Part shown: in pieces, positions 63,360 through 64,000 of the stretch
How the letters are laid out: each line of letters starts with the position of its first letter
Position numbering within the stretch: position 1 is the first letter of the stretch
Origin: Spirochaetia bacterium
GTDB lineage: Bacteria; Spirochaetota; Spirochaetia; WTKD01; G963693115
Length of the DNA: 64,000 nucleotides
Assembly: GCA_965226055.1 (NCBI GenBank)
Contig: CBDDCA010000006.1
Location: 416,001-480,000, forward strand
Direction: 5' to 3'
Program-made: the position numbers and the translations under genes
The notes under the pieces: model-generated
The model's database searches: none
What the model was told of the DNA's origin: nothing
What the model saw: only the letters and a program-made list of their open reading frames with translations

Positions 63360-64000
63360 CTAAAAAGAAAATTTATCGTAAGAATTCAGATCTTTACATG
63401 CTTCAATAAGCCTGTCACTAATTCCATCTTCCCCTTTTAGAAGCCATACACGAGGATCAATAACTTTCTTATTTGGTTTATCTTCCCCTTCTGGATTTCC
63501 AATTTGAGACAATAGATAATCATGATTTTTATCCATATATTCACGAACAGGTTTAGTGAAGGCCCATTGAGTGTCCGTATCTATATTCATCTTAATAACT
63601 CCATAATGAAGCGATTCTTCTATCTTTGATTTTTCAGAACCAGACCCTCCATGAAACACTAAGTTTAATGGATTATGCCTTAGATTTCTTTCTTTTGCTA
63701 CCATATCCTGTGAGTTTTTAAGAATTTCAGGAGTAAGTTTTACATTGCCAGGCTTATATACCCCATGTGTATTACCAAACGAAGCAGCAACAGTAAAGTA
63801 CCCTAAGGGCTGCAATGTATCATATGCTTTTAATACATGTTCAGGCTGAGTGTATAATCGAGAAGAATCTATGTCGCTATTATCTACTCCATCTTCTTCA
63901 CCACCAGTCACTCCTAATTCTATCTCTAATGTAATATCAAGCTTTGCTAGCTTTTGCAAATACTCTGCACATGTAGCGAGATTTTCCTCCAAATTTTCTT
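63360..64000 (-). CDS. fbaA: Class II fructose-bisphosphate aldolase (5' part outside window)
   Basis: EIELGVTGGEEDG, FGNTHGVYKPG, VFHGGSGS, KMNIDTD. Confidence 0.95.
   Translation of the reverse strand, partial: ENLEENLATCAEYLQKLAKLDITLEIELGVTGGEEDGVDNSDIDSSRLYTQPEHVLKAYDTLQPLGYFTVAASFGNTHGVYKPGNVKLTPEILKNSQDMVAKERNLRHNPLNLVFHGGSGSEKSKIEESLHYGVIKMNIDTDTQWAFTKPVREYMDKNHDYLLSQIGNPEGEDKPNKKVIDPRVWLLKGEDGISDRLIEACKDLNSYDKFSF

Overview
AT-rich bacterial chromosome segment, most likely a spirochaete (divergent PAP2-rnfC, lolA-rodZ-uvrD, archaeal/eukaryote-type proS, long upp). Most genes are on the minus strand. It carries housekeeping genes, two sugar-use clusters (tkt-TRAP-dgoD-gntK; ABC transporter-glycoside hydrolase-GH2 beta-galactosidase) and two tRNAs. 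Highlights: (1) three DUF285/BspA-type surface lipoprotein genes, each linked to a poly-G tract; two ~1550-aa paralogues share an FN3-like stalk, have different tips, and are frameshifted in the signal-peptide region by G11 and G9 tracts (G10 restores both frames); (2) a complete IS1202-family element with a 16-bp target duplication plus a solo copy of its end, both 16-17 bp from a TTGAC box; (3) an uncharacterised TerB-like + glycine-rich hairpin + putative nuclease operon, a candidate defence or pore-forming system; (4) relics of a terminator-preceded NYN RNase gene and a type IIG restriction-modification gene, and a TM + ImmA/IrrE pair; (5) several apparently leaderless genes. All calls come from reading motifs by eye; no database searches were run.
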